A stretch of 64,000 bases of DNA from the NCBI GenBank assembly GCA_019309545.1, contig JAFDGA010000023.1:1320-65319 (forward strand), written 5' to 3'. The position numbers and the translations under genes were made by a program. This DNA is from Deltaproteobacteria bacterium. GTDB taxonomy: Bacteria > Desulfobacterota > Desulfobaccia > Desulfobaccales > Desulfobaccaceae. How positions within the stretch are numbered: the first letter of the stretch is position 1; each line of letters opens with the position of its first letter. Positions 9,741-19,462 of this stretch are shown here, piece after piece. The notes beneath the pieces were generated by a model that was not told the DNA's origin, made no database searches, and saw only the letters and a list, made by a program, of their open reading frames with translations.

Positions 9741-10601
9741 CTAACAGAGAGAGGATAAGGCCTTGAATACAAAACTAAACCGGGGCACCCCCAGGGCCTC
9801 AGCGATAGGACGACATTTGGCTTGCAGGAGAAAAAAGATCCGGGGATCGTCGAGATGAGCAAGGGTTTCAAAATGCCCCATACCTTTGGCAAGGATCAGG
9901 TCGGCGGCATCATAATGCTGGCGGAACTCGGGGCTGGCCTCGTCCAGCACCAGCCCGACCATAGGTGCTCCGCTATCCACCACCGGCTCCAGGTCCGGCG
10001 CCAGTCCGGAAGCCAATAGATCATTCCGGCTCAGATCGTTCTGGATGGGGCCTCCTTTCACCACATAGATTACCTGCCAGCCCTGTTGTCTAAGCCCGCG
10101 TACCAGTGGCAGGTCGAAGAACTGTTCTCCGGCATTGTCGGCCAGATACAGCATCACCCCGGGGCGGGCCAGACGGGCTTGGAACAACTCCAGGTCAGAG
10201 TCCACCAACTTCACCGGGCCGGCCAGCTCCTGCATGATTTCGTTGCCGGAGCGGAAAAAATCGATACCATTGCCAATAACCGCTAGCGACAACAGGGAAG
10301 ACAGATCACGGCCCCAGTGCGGGATAATCTGGGCGGAGAACCGCCGCATCACCTCGGTCTCAGAAGACTTGGACGCGGCAAACGGGTCCGGATTGCCGGT
10401 AAGATCTTTGAGGACCTGATGAAACTGATTGGCAATCACCGCGGGAATCGCCCCTGGCAAAAACTGGCGGTCAAGGATCTCCTGGGCCTGCTGCCGGGCC
10501 TGGGCCTGCAAAAAGGGATCAGCAGTGGCCAATTCCACGGTCAGATCGATCAGCCGCTGCAAACAAGGATAACATTCCGGTTGCACACTCATCCGAGCCA
10601 T
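9741..10601 (-). CDS. DUF89 / ARMT1-like damage-control phosphatase family protein
   Basis: 286 aa. N-terminal CYPCLQR motif and overall layout are typical of the DUF89 family. Confidence 0.65.
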   Translation of the reverse strand: MARMSVQPECYPCLQRLIDLTVELATADPFLQAQARQQAQEILDRQFLPGAIPAVIANQFHQVLKDLTGNPDPFAASKSSETEVMRRFSAQIIPHWGRDLSSLLSLAVIGNGIDFFRSGNEIMQELAGPVKLVDSDLELFQARLARPGVMLYLADNAGEQFFDLPLVRGLRQQGWQVIYVVKGGPIQNDLSRNDLLASGLAPDLEPVVDSGAPMVGLVLDEASPEFRQHYDAADLILAKGMGHFETLAHLDDPRIFFLLQAKCRPIAEALGVPRFSFVFKALSSLC

Positions 10602-10756
10602 GTCGCCGACCTCCTGGACAGATCAATTATCGCCCTCCCGGACCCTGGTAGTCAAGAGAGTGAGTCCGGGAAAAGACTTCCTAGGAATTGAGGGGAAAAT
10701 CAGATCAGCCGATTTATTTGCTAATTGGGGCTGAAAACGGTAAATTGATCTAAGAT

Positions 10757-11386
10757 ATGGCACGCGTGATAAGCTGGCATTCACCGGAAGATCGCGCCTT
10801 ACTCCAGGAGGCGCTGGAGATATTGCGAGCCGGGGGAGTGGTCGCCTGTCCAACCGAGACCTATTATGGTCTGGCGGTTGATGCCTTTCAGGAGGCAGCC
10901 CTGAACCGGGTTCTGGCCATCAAGGGTCGGGCTCAGAGCAAACCGCTTTTGGTATTGGTGGCCGATGTTCAGATGGTGGAACAGGTGGCGTTGAGAGTGC
11001 CTTCCGTGGCGCTCCAACTGATGGCCCGGTTCTGGCCCGGTCCCCTGACCCTGATCCTGCCGGCCAGCCCGTCCCTTCCGCGTCAGTTAACGGCCGGGAC
11101 TGGAACTATTGGGGTGCGGCAATCCAGCCATCCCCTGGTCCGCAACCTGACTACGGCTTATGGTTCACCCTTGACCGGCACCAGCGCCAACCGTTCCGGC
11201 CAACCGCCCTTAGTTACGGCGATTGAAGTGGAAAGAGAGATGGGAAGCGAATTGGCGCTGATTCTGGACAGCGGCCCCTGTCCCGGCGGCTGGCCTTCCA
11301 CGGTGTTGGATGTGACACAACAGCCCCCCCGGCTGGTGCGTCCAGGCGCTATAGCCTCTTCCGCCCTGAAGGAGTATCTTATCTGA
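10757..11386 (+). CDS. tsaC: L-threonylcarbamoyladenylate synthase (YrdC/TsaC family)
   Basis: 209 aa. PTETYYGLAVDA, KGRAQSKPL, FWPGPLTLIL and TSANRSGQP blocks are diagnostic of the YrdC/Sua5 domain. Confidence 0.85.
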   Translation: MARVISWHSPEDRALLQEALEILRAGGVVACPTETYYGLAVDAFQEAALNRVLAIKGRAQSKPLLVLVADVQMVEQVALRVPSVALQLMARFWPGPLTLILPASPSLPRQLTAGTGTIGVRQSSHPLVRNLTTAYGSPLTGTSANRSGQPPLVTAIEVEREMGSELALILDSGPCPGGWPSTVLDVTQQPPRLVRPGAIASSALKEYLI

Positions 11387-11418
11387 TTCAGTAATTTATT
11401 AATTCCAAAGGGATAAAT

Positions 11419-12396
11419 ATGCAAGTTGATAAAGAACCGGTAGTCATCGGAGTAGATTTGGGGGGCACTAACCTCCGTCTGGCTCTGGTCACCGGCCAGG
11501 GTGAGATCCGGGACCGGCAAGCTTTTCCTACTCCCAAAGGCCGGGGCGCTCAGGTCCTGCTGGAGAAACTGGCAGAGGCAATCACTACTATGGCCCGGAA
11601 AACCCAGAATCAGAGCATTCAGATTCAGGCGGTCGGTATGGGCGTCCCCGGTCGGGTGCTGCCTGAAGAAGGTCGGGTAATTTTTTCTCCTAATCTGCCT
11701 GAACTAAATGGCTATCAATTGGGCGCCGCGGCCCGGGATTTGCTCCCTTGGCCGCTGGTCATGGATAATGATGCCAATATCTTTACCCTGGGTGAGCAAT
11801 GGCTGGGGGCCGGGCAGGGTAGGGCAAATATTTTAGGGATCACCCTGGGTACCGGCGTGGGCGGCGGGTTGGTGCTCAACGGCAAGATATGGCCTGGAGA
11901 AGCTGGGTCCACGGCGGAAATCGGCCATATTACCATTGATCCCCAGGGCGAGGTCTGCAACTGTGGCAACCGGGGCTGTCTGGAAACCCTGGCTTCCGCA
12001 CCCTGGACTGTGGCCTGGGTCAAGGCCCGTCTGGCCGCCGGTGAATCTTCCTGTTTACGGGCCAGTTGGGAACAGGATCCGGAAAGTCTGGGCGGCCGTC
12101 AGTTGCAACAGGCCGCCGAGGCCGGAGATGCGCTGGCGCAAGCTGCCTTTAACCGGGTGGGCCGAGCCTTGGGTCAGGCTGTTACTGATGTGGTTCACCT
12201 CATGGGGCTCTCCCTGGTAGTCATCGGCGGCAAATTCAGCCTGGCCTGGGATCAGTTTATCGGCTCCTTAGAGGATGAACTAGATCACCGTCTGACCCTT
12301 TTTCCCCGTCGGCAACTACAGGTGGTCCCGGCCACGTTGGGGGACAACGCCGGACTCTTGGGCGCGGCCAGACTGGCCTGGGACAAGGTCCCATGA
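11419..12396 (+). CDS. ROK-family sugar kinase (glucokinase-like)
   Basis: 325 aa. N-terminal ATP motif GVDLGGTNLRLA and ROK zinc motif GHITIDPQGEVCNCGNRGCLE. Confidence 0.8.
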   Translation: MQVDKEPVVIGVDLGGTNLRLALVTGQGEIRDRQAFPTPKGRGAQVLLEKLAEAITTMARKTQNQSIQIQAVGMGVPGRVLPEEGRVIFSPNLPELNGYQLGAAARDLLPWPLVMDNDANIFTLGEQWLGAGQGRANILGITLGTGVGGGLVLNGKIWPGEAGSTAEIGHITIDPQGEVCNCGNRGCLETLASAPWTVAWVKARLAAGESSCLRASWEQDPESLGGRQLQQAAEAGDALAQAAFNRVGRALGQAVTDVVHLMGLSLVVIGGKFSLAWDQFIGSLEDELDHRLTLFPRRQLQVVPATLGDNAGLLGAARLAWDKVP

Positions 12397-12440
12397 CGAG
12401 CGGAGGTTAAAGGCGCAGAGGTTATCAGCCCCCTGGCTAC

Positions 12441-12707
12441 CTATGATTTTCTAAAAAACAGACAAAAATCGTCTACTAAGGAGTCAATATCGTATCTGGT
12501 CCAGGGGGGGAGATTTAGCGAACCTGCTAATTCCGGAGGTGGGGAAGGTTTAGGAAAGTGAACATTCAAAACTTGTAGCAGGTCTTCCGCCGACATTTTC
12601 TGGTAAAGCTGGCTCATGGTTATTACCAGCTCAAAATGTTCATGGAATAACCAATGATTATACGGGCGCATGCCATCTTCCCCATGACTTTTGAGCCAAT
12701 TTACCAT
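12441..12707 (-). CDS. hypothetical protein
   Basis: 88-aa ORF with no motif I recognise. Coding status rests only on ORF length and position. Confidence 0.3.
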   Translation of the reverse strand: MVNWLKSHGEDGMRPYNHWLFHEHFELVITMSQLYQKMSAEDLLQVLNVHFPKPSPPPELAGSLNLPPWTRYDIDSLVDDFCLFFRKS

Positions 12708-12859
12708 AAGTCTGGGTCAAAACGCAAACTCTCGGTCGCAACCCGTCCCCTTAACCTCAGTCCATTTAGCCCCTACCGATACCTCGCCTCAGCTTATTGC
12801 CTTCTTTACGACTGCCACTAATACCGATTAGCTTTCAAATGAGTAATTTTATCCTTTAT

Positions 12860-12902
12860 CCCCTCTCCCCCCCTGGCGGGGGAGATGGCGAGGGTGAGGG
12901 GG
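12860..12902. repeat. GC-rich imperfect palindromic element (CCCCTCTCCCC...GGGGGAGA...GAGGGGG type)
   Basis: Self-complementary C-run/G-run element in a non-coding region. A related copy is at 62667-62707. Confidence 0.5.
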
Positions 12903-13093
12903 CATTTTAGCTCTTTGATCGCAACTTGGTATAAGTATTTAGAAACAAGGTTATTAAATTTAAGTAGTTTGGCATTAAAGTTGCATATAAAGGGCCCGAA
13001 AGGGTCATTTTGGTGAGGATTAGTGTGGTTACTGGTTATGCTATAGCGGCCTTCATGGGAACCACAACGGTTCAACCCCTGGAACTGGTCAGC

Positions 13094-13143
13094 CCTGACC
13101 GACGCCCTTCCAGGTCTGGAAGGGTTAAGAAGCATCGGTCAGG
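13094..13143. other. nested 50-nt stem-loop in a long non-coding region
   Basis: CCTGACCGA..CCCTTCCAG-GT-CTGGAAGGG..TCGGTCAGG: outer 9-bp and inner ~8-bp helices read directly from the sequence. Function unknown. Confidence 0.4.
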
Positions 13144-13671
13144 TCTATCTGGAAATGTTCAATGTTATGGCGGTCCAGGGATTGGTCAATTTGCCAGGCC
13201 TAAAATAATTTTTAAGGTGTTAAAGTAACACCATGATATTGACGATAAGAAGCTTAGGGAAATGTGAGGTATCGAGGCGTTTTGAGGTTTTGAGGCCCAG
13301 GGTTTCAGAGCTGACCCGGCGGGGGAAGGAGACCACCATGATGCCGCCCAGGTCAATAATCCTGGATGATCTGGCCCACAGATTGTTTGCGAAGGGAGAA
13401 ACCCTGATATAGAGCAGGCGTTTTAGGGATTTCGCTTAAAACCGGTAACTTATCAACCAGAAACCCAAACTAATTCACCAGACCGGTTAGAACCTAGTGT
13501 TAGCCAGGTAGAGGGCTACAAGCTGTCGGTTACCATGCAAAAATTAACCTTAACCAGGTTGCTTTTCAAACAACTCAGCTTTCTTCTATCAAGGAAGAGG
13601 AATTCTGGTCTGGTAGAATTTTTCTAATTTTGGTAGGATGAAAATGCTGGCAGTTGCCAAGGAAGGGCATC

Positions 13672-13905
13672 GTGCTGATTTTTACGAGAAAAATTGGAGA
13701 AACCATCCGGATCGGAGATAATATCCGGATAAGGGTGGTGGAAATCAAGGGAAAACAGGTCCGGATAGGGATAGAAGCACCCCCAAATGTGGTTGTGCAC
13801 CGGGAGGAAATCTATCTGAAAATCATTGAAGAAAATCTTCAAGCTGCGGATGTCGAAGGCATTGATCTAAATGAGGTTACCAATCTGTGGAGGTCAGAGA
13901 AGTAA
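13672..13905 (+). CDS. csrA: carbon storage regulator CsrA
   Basis: [48 protein letters not shown] is the canonical CsrA core. GTG start at 13672, preceded by AAGGAAGGG. Confidence 0.9.
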   Translation: MLIFTRKIGETIRIGDNIRIRVVEIKGKQVRIGIEAPPNVVVHREEIYLKIIEENLQAADVEGIDLNEVTNLWRSEK

Positions 13906-13931
13906 ATTCTGCCGGCAATAAGCAGAAATTT

Positions 13932-14372
13932 ATGGAAGACGCATTCTCCGTAGAGACCAACCATTTTGGTACTATCAATGTGGCCCGGGACCAGATCATT
14001 ACTGTACCTCAAGGATTACTGGGATTCCCTGATTGTCAGCGTTTTATTCTGATAGAACACCAAAAGGAATCGCCCTTCCACTGGTTCCAATGCCTAGATA
14101 ACCCGGGACTGGCTTTTGTAATCATTGATCCCCGGTCTATTGTATCTGATTACCGGATTGGTCGATTAAATAGTTATTTAAGAGAACTCGGGGCAGAGAG
14201 TGCTGATGACCTGCAGGTCTTTGTTATCGTTACCATTCCCCGGCAGCGTCCCCAGGAGATGACGGCCAATCTTTTGGGACCCTTGTTAATCAACACCAAA
14301 AATCGACAGGCCAAACAGGTCGTCCTCGATATTCCCCGGTTATCACATCAGTACCGGATCATCAAGCGATAA
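13932..14372 (+). CDS. fliW: flagellar assembly factor FliW (CsrA antagonist)
   Basis: FGTINVARDQIITVPQGLLGFPDCQRFILIEHQKESPFHWFQCLDNPGLAFVIIDP matches the FliW pattern. The gene follows csrA. Start could alternatively be GTG 13887. Confidence 0.85.
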   Translation: MEDAFSVETNHFGTINVARDQIITVPQGLLGFPDCQRFILIEHQKESPFHWFQCLDNPGLAFVIIDPRSIVSDYRIGRLNSYLRELGAESADDLQVFVIVTIPRQRPQEMTANLLGPLLINTKNRQAKQVVLDIPRLSHQYRIIKR

Positions 14373-14472
14373 TCAGATACGGGATAAGAAAGCCATCGCA
14401 AACGGCCCGATTCCGATCGAGAGTAGAAGGATTATATTGTTGCCCCCGCTGATCCCGATCCCGCCGCGGATT

Positions 14473-17271
14473 TTAATCTCCCTCTGGCTCAGGTGGTGGG
14501 GGAGCAGCTTTCCCTGGGCGCTTGGCCCCAAGTTCTTCTAAGACTGCTTGCAAGCTTTGCATTTCTTCCCCAAAGCCTTTCCAATTGCCGGTTTTTAGAT
14601 ATTTTTGGGCCTGGCGTAAATGACTGAGCGCCTGAGCCGGATCTCTGGTCAACAGGGTCGAAGGTTGGACCTCGGTAGGTAACGAAGGGGTAGCCAATTT
14701 AGTGCCGACCTTTTTTAATGCTTCTGCCAAAGTGTCGCCAAATACCAACTGTGGTCCATTAACCACCACTACTTTTTTGAGTTCCGGCATCTGGGACTGG
14801 CTGGATACCAAAAAAAGCGGCTCGACATAAAGTAGAGAATCTTTGATTGGGAGGGCCAGTAGATCGCCGCGCAGCACCCGAGAACCTCTCTGACCCCAAA
14901 GAGTCATGAGACGGGAGATTTCCGGATTCTGATTAATCCGGGCCTCAATTTGCATAGGGCCATAAATCAATTTGTCTTTAGGGAAGGTATAAATCAACAT
15001 CTGACCATAATTTGGTGGATCACACCTGGCTGCCAGCCAACTCACCATATTTTTCTTTCTAACCGGAGTATAAGGCAGTAATAATAGAAACTCCTCCTGG
15101 GACTCCTGAGGCAGGTGCATGACCATATAATAGGGCTCAAGAAATTGTTCCTGATCTTCATAGATTTCGGAAGGGAAATCCCATTGATCTTCCCGGTTAT
15201 AGAATACCTGTGGATCTTGCATGTGGTAGGTGCGGAAGATGGCGGCCTGCACATAGAAAAAGCCCACTGGGTAGCGGATATGGCTCTTCAGATGATCGGG
15301 CATGGCCTCAAAAGGCCGGAAGAGTGTGGGGTAGATCTGACGCCAGGTGGCGGTTAGGGGTTCCTGCGGGTCCATCAGGTAAAATGTGATCTGACCATTA
15401 TAGGCGTCGACCACTACTTTAACACTGTTTCGGAGATAATTAAACCTGCCCTGCTGGGCAGCAAAGGGAGAGGAATAAGGGTAACGAGAGGTTTGGGTGT
15501 AAGCATCCAGAAACCAGAACAGGCGGCCCTGGGAAATTACCGGATAGGGCTGGGCATCGAAGCTTAGAAAAGGCGCCAGCGTCTGTGCCATTTCGTTTAC
15601 CGTCCGCCGCATCAGAATGCGGGTGTCTGCTCCCAGATAGCTCGAGAGAATGATTTTCAAATCCCCAAATTTTAACGCCATCAGCAAGCGTCTGGAGAAG
15701 CTGTCCAATTTGACCCCCCCAGAACCCTGATAATGGGTATATCGGTTTACATCTCCCGCCGGGAAGTCAAATTCTTCGGTTTTGGTATTGACCAGGACAT
15801 ATTCTTTAGTCAGGGTGCCAAAGTAGATTTCTGGGCGCTCCAGTTTGAACTCTTCCTTACCAACCGGCGGCAGGTCTTTTAGCCAGAATTCCGGCATGCC
15901 GGTAGGAGTAACTTGATTCACCGGGCTCAGACAGACCCCATAGCCATGGGTAAACTTTAACCGCTCATTGACCCAGGTCCGGGCTTCCAGAGACAGTTGG
16001 CTGATGGCCAGCTCGCGCGGCGACAGCATCACCTGGCGGAGTTCCCCCTCCACCCGATAGCGATCTACTGCTACCAAAGGAAATTCATAATAGGGGCGGA
16101 TTTCCTGAAGTTGCTTGTAGGTGCTCAATATCGGCCGTTTATCCCAGACCTTGATGTTTTTTAGGGTCCCCTGGGCCGCGGCTAGATCTGCGCTGGTCAA
16201 GGTATCGCGGGCCGGATAGCTGACTTCTTGGATCTGATCCAGACCATAGGCCAGACGGGTGTATTTTATGTTGTGCTGAATATAAGGGTTTTCTTTGAGA
16301 AGCTCGTTGGGTTTTACCAGAAAGTTTTGAAGCAAGGCAGGATAGAGATTTAATCCCAGAATGGCCACCACCACGGTGGAAATCAGGCCGCTCAGGGTGA
16401 GACGATAGGCAGGTCGCCATAGATTAGCAAAAACCAGCCCCACCGTAATCAAGGCCAATAAGGTGACCACCGGGTAAATGGTCAAGACCCCTTTATCTTC
16501 GGCATATCCGGCTCCAAAGAAGATACTATGATCCTGATAAAGCACTTGGTAGCGATTCAGCCAGAACAGCCAGGTAAACACCAGGAGCAAAATACCCCCT
16601 AGGATCAAAAGATGCTTTTGGACGCGGGGGTCCAGATATAGATGATGGGTGTCGGGGCTATAAAAAATGGCCTGGTTCTGGACATATTTGATCAACACCA
16701 ACAAGACGACAGCAATTCCGGCCAGCAATAGGTCCCCGGCAATGGCTCGATAAAAAGGCAATTTAAAAATATAAAAGGCAACGTCCTGATAGAAAACCGG
16801 GTCTTGAACGCCAAAATTTTGGCCATTCCAGAACATCAGGATGGTTTGCCATTCCCGTGCCGCCAGACTTCCGGCCACATACGTGAAAAGGCCCAGACCT
16901 CCCCACAAGGCGTATTTTAAAGATTGCTGGATTCCTGCCAAAGCCGAGAGTGATATGCTGAAAGACGATCCCCGCGGTCGAGGACCGCGCGGGGAGAAGC
17001 GTTGGGCCAGATAAAGGTTTAAAATGGCCAATAGAAAGAAAAAGGCGCCTCCCAACACGGCCGCCAAGCTCTGCGCCCCCAGGGTTATCAGATAGACTCG
17101 AAGATATCCTAGAGAATCGAACCACAGCCAATTAACCAGGAAATCCACGGCAAACAGCAACAGGAACAGTAACAGTCCCAGGGCGATGAACAGGCCAATA
17201 AGCAGTTTCCGCAGCCCGCGGTAGTCTTTCCAGTTATCCGGGTAACGCCTCACCTTATAAGTCCTCGACAC
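14473..17271 (-). CDS. UPF0182-family large integral membrane protein
   Basis: 932 aa. Multi-TM N-terminal third (FLVNWLWFDSLGY motif) followed by a large soluble region, as in the UPF0182 family. GTG start. Confidence 0.7.
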   Translation of the reverse strand: MSRTYKVRRYPDNWKDYRGLRKLLIGLFIALGLLLFLLLFAVDFLVNWLWFDSLGYLRVYLITLGAQSLAAVLGGAFFFLLAILNLYLAQRFSPRGPRPRGSSFSISLSALAGIQQSLKYALWGGLGLFTYVAGSLAAREWQTILMFWNGQNFGVQDPVFYQDVAFYIFKLPFYRAIAGDLLLAGIAVVLLVLIKYVQNQAIFYSPDTHHLYLDPRVQKHLLILGGILLLVFTWLFWLNRYQVLYQDHSIFFGAGYAEDKGVLTIYPVVTLLALITVGLVFANLWRPAYRLTLSGLISTVVVAILGLNLYPALLQNFLVKPNELLKENPYIQHNIKYTRLAYGLDQIQEVSYPARDTLTSADLAAAQGTLKNIKVWDKRPILSTYKQLQEIRPYYEFPLVAVDRYRVEGELRQVMLSPRELAISQLSLEARTWVNERLKFTHGYGVCLSPVNQVTPTGMPEFWLKDLPPVGKEEFKLERPEIYFGTLTKEYVLVNTKTEEFDFPAGDVNRYTHYQGSGGVKLDSFSRRLLMALKFGDLKIILSSYLGADTRILMRRTVNEMAQTLAPFLSFDAQPYPVISQGRLFWFLDAYTQTSRYPYSSPFAAQQGRFNYLRNSVKVVVDAYNGQITFYLMDPQEPLTATWRQIYPTLFRPFEAMPDHLKSHIRYPVGFFYVQAAIFRTYHMQDPQVFYNREDQWDFPSEIYEDQEQFLEPYYMVMHLPQESQEEFLLLLPYTPVRKKNMVSWLAARCDPPNYGQMLIYTFPKDKLIYGPMQIEARINQNPEISRLMTLWGQRGSRVLRGDLLALPIKDSLLYVEPLFLVSSQSQMPELKKVVVVNGPQLVFGDTLAEALKKVGTKLATPSLPTEVQPSTLLTRDPAQALSHLRQAQKYLKTGNWKGFGEEMQSLQAVLEELGAKRPGKAAPPPPEPEGD

Positions 17272-17543
17272 TTATCGACTTAAGCTGCTTCAGGTTTATC
17301 CCTTTTGGTTTCCAAGCCGAACAACCCCAATAATAAGCTACCACTGTTATTTAATATCTTACCAGAAAGCCGGAAATCGAAAACCTAAAACGGTATAATA
17401 TCTTAAAATTCCATACCATTTTTTGTAAGTTTAGAAAATTCATAACAAAATGGGCAAGTATCTCTACCTGCCCATGCCGCTCCTGTTTTAAGTCTTGGTT
17501 TATCAATCAATCTGAAATGTCGCCGGGGGCAATGGTGCCAATT

Positions 17544-19394
17544 TCAGACCAACCGGCATACCCCCGCCCGGCATTTTTTCTCCCTGATATGCTCCTCGAA
17601 TTCCGGGCGGAAAAGTTTTAAGGCGCTCATCAAGGGGCCGGGCGCGGTCTGCCCCAGCGGGCAGAACGAAGCGTCTACCATGGTGGCCGCTAGGCGCTCT
17701 AGAAAGGCCAGATCATCTTCTTTGCCCTGGCCCTGGCAGATGCGGGTCACCGTTTCTAAAATGCGGGGCGTTCCTTCCCGGCAGGGAGTGCACTGGCCGC
17801 AGGATTCGTGAGCGAAAAATTTCGCTACCGAACGGATAAAATCTACCACACAGACACTTTCATCCATCACCAACATGGTGCCTGAACCCAGGGCGCCCCC
17901 GACTTGAGCCAGCGAGGCCAGATCCATCGGCAGGTCCAGGGCGTCGGCCGTCACCAACCCGGCGGAGGCGCCGCCGGTCTGACACATCTTGAACTTGCTG
18001 CCGTCGCGCAGGCCGCCGCCATATTTGTCGATTAATTCCCGCAAGGTAATGCCCACCGGGACTTCAACGATCTGTGGGGTCTTGACGTGGCCGATGATCT
18101 GATAAATCTTGGTGCCGGTGGTATTCTCGGTTCCCAAGGATTTATACCACTCGCCGCCCCGGTTGATGATGGCCGGAACACTGGCCAGGGTCTCGACATT
18201 GTTGACAATAGTAGGTTTATGCCACAGCCCAGCGACACCGGGGAAGGGCGGTTTAGCCCGCGGATAACCGCGATGGCCCTCAATCGATTCAATCAGCGCG
18301 GTTTCCTCCCCACAGACATAAGAGCCAAAGCCGGAGCGGACTTCGATATCAAAGGAGAAATCAGTGCCAAACAGTTTTTCTCCCAGATATCCCTTGGCCC
18401 GCGCCTGCTCAATGGCATTTTGCAGCCGGTACTTGGAGAGATAATATTCACCCCGCACATAAATGAAACCTTTACTGGCGCCGACCGCATACCCCGCGAT
18501 GGCCATGCCTTCCAGCACCTTATGGGGGTCGCCCTCCATGATGTAGCGGTCTTTGATGGTGCCGGGCTCGCCTTCATCGGCGTTGCAGATGATATATTTG
18601 GGGGTAACGGTAAGCGGCCGGGTAAAGGACCATTTCATCCCACAAGGGAAACCGGCGCCGCCCCGGCCCCGCAGCCCCGAAGCTTTGACCTCCTCGACTA
18701 CTGCCTCCGGGGTCATGGTAGTGACCGCCTTCTTTAACGCGCTATAGCCGCCTTTGGCCAGATAGTCTTCAAGGTTCATGGGATCGATAACCCCAACGTT
18801 GTTTAGCACCACCAGTTCATGCGGACTCTGTTTGTACTTGCGAAAATCATTGGTAGTATAAGGTAATTGCCTATAATCTACCACTTTGCCCCCCCGGTAA
18901 TCATTGAGCACCTGCTTAACCTTATCCCGGGTCAGGTTGCCGAACACCACTTCGTTGATCTGCATGGCCGGGGCCACCTCGCAGACTCCCAGGCAAGCCG
19001 TCAGTTCTAAAGTAAACAGGCCATCGGTGGTAGTCTCCCCGACCCCGACGCCCAACTCTTCCTTCAGCACCTGAAGGATATTTTCAAAGCCGTTGACATG
19101 GCAGGGCGGGGATTCGCACATCCGAATAATATATTTGCCTTTGGGGGTCCAGGCATACATGGAATAAAAACTCATGGTCCCAAAGACTTCACTAGCGGGA
19201 ATATTTAGACCAGCGGCGATGCGGTCCTGGACCGCCACCGGCAGGTAACCTATAAGGTTCTGGGCCTCTTGCAGGACTGGCATTAAGGCCCCGGGTTGAT
19301 CCTGATAACGGGCGATAATAGCCTCAAGCTTGTTCCATACCTCCGGGCTAATGTCGACTGCCGTTTGACTGGCACTGTGAGAATGGTGGATCAT
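17544..19394 (-). CDS. NuoE-NuoF fusion protein (NAD(P)H-binding flavo-iron-sulfur subunit of formate dehydrogenase/hydrogenase-type complexes)
   Basis: 616 aa. N-terminal thioredoxin-like 2Fe-2S module (CESPPCHVNG...CLGVCEVAP), then NuoF core with GRGGAGFP FMN/NAD motif and ESCGQCTPCREG 4Fe-4S motif. Directly downstream of fdhA. Confidence 0.85.
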   Translation of the reverse strand: MIHHSHSASQTAVDISPEVWNKLEAIIARYQDQPGALMPVLQEAQNLIGYLPVAVQDRIAAGLNIPASEVFGTMSFYSMYAWTPKGKYIIRMCESPPCHVNGFENILQVLKEELGVGVGETTTDGLFTLELTACLGVCEVAPAMQINEVVFGNLTRDKVKQVLNDYRGGKVVDYRQLPYTTNDFRKYKQSPHELVVLNNVGVIDPMNLEDYLAKGGYSALKKAVTTMTPEAVVEEVKASGLRGRGGAGFPCGMKWSFTRPLTVTPKYIICNADEGEPGTIKDRYIMEGDPHKVLEGMAIAGYAVGASKGFIYVRGEYYLSKYRLQNAIEQARAKGYLGEKLFGTDFSFDIEVRSGFGSYVCGEETALIESIEGHRGYPRAKPPFPGVAGLWHKPTIVNNVETLASVPAIINRGGEWYKSLGTENTTGTKIYQIIGHVKTPQIVEVPVGITLRELIDKYGGGLRDGSKFKMCQTGGASAGLVTADALDLPMDLASLAQVGGALGSGTMLVMDESVCVVDFIRSVAKFFAHESCGQCTPCREGTPRILETVTRICQGQGKEDDLAFLERLAATMVDASFCPLGQTAPGPLMSALKLFRPEFEEHIREKKCRAGVCRLV

Positions 19395-19462
19395 TTTCTG
19401 CCTCCATATGGTCTATGGTCTGCAAGGGCGCGGCCGGGCCACGCCCTTGGGGGCCAATAATG

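Noticed and set aside
12818-13135. 105-aa minus-strand ORF in the csrA-upstream gap
   Set aside because: It runs through a palindromic repeat that produces the SPARGGEG-type translation. It has no RBS, its composition is odd, and I recognise no motif.
13094-13143. Possible SRP (4.5S) RNA because of an AGGTCTGGAAGGG...AAGAAGCA resemblance to the helix-8 region
   Set aside because: The conserved GGAA tetraloop context and the symmetric/asymmetric loop sequences (AGCA/GGA) are not arranged as in 4.5S RNA, and the flanking helix 5 is missing. The feature is kept only as an unexplained hairpin.
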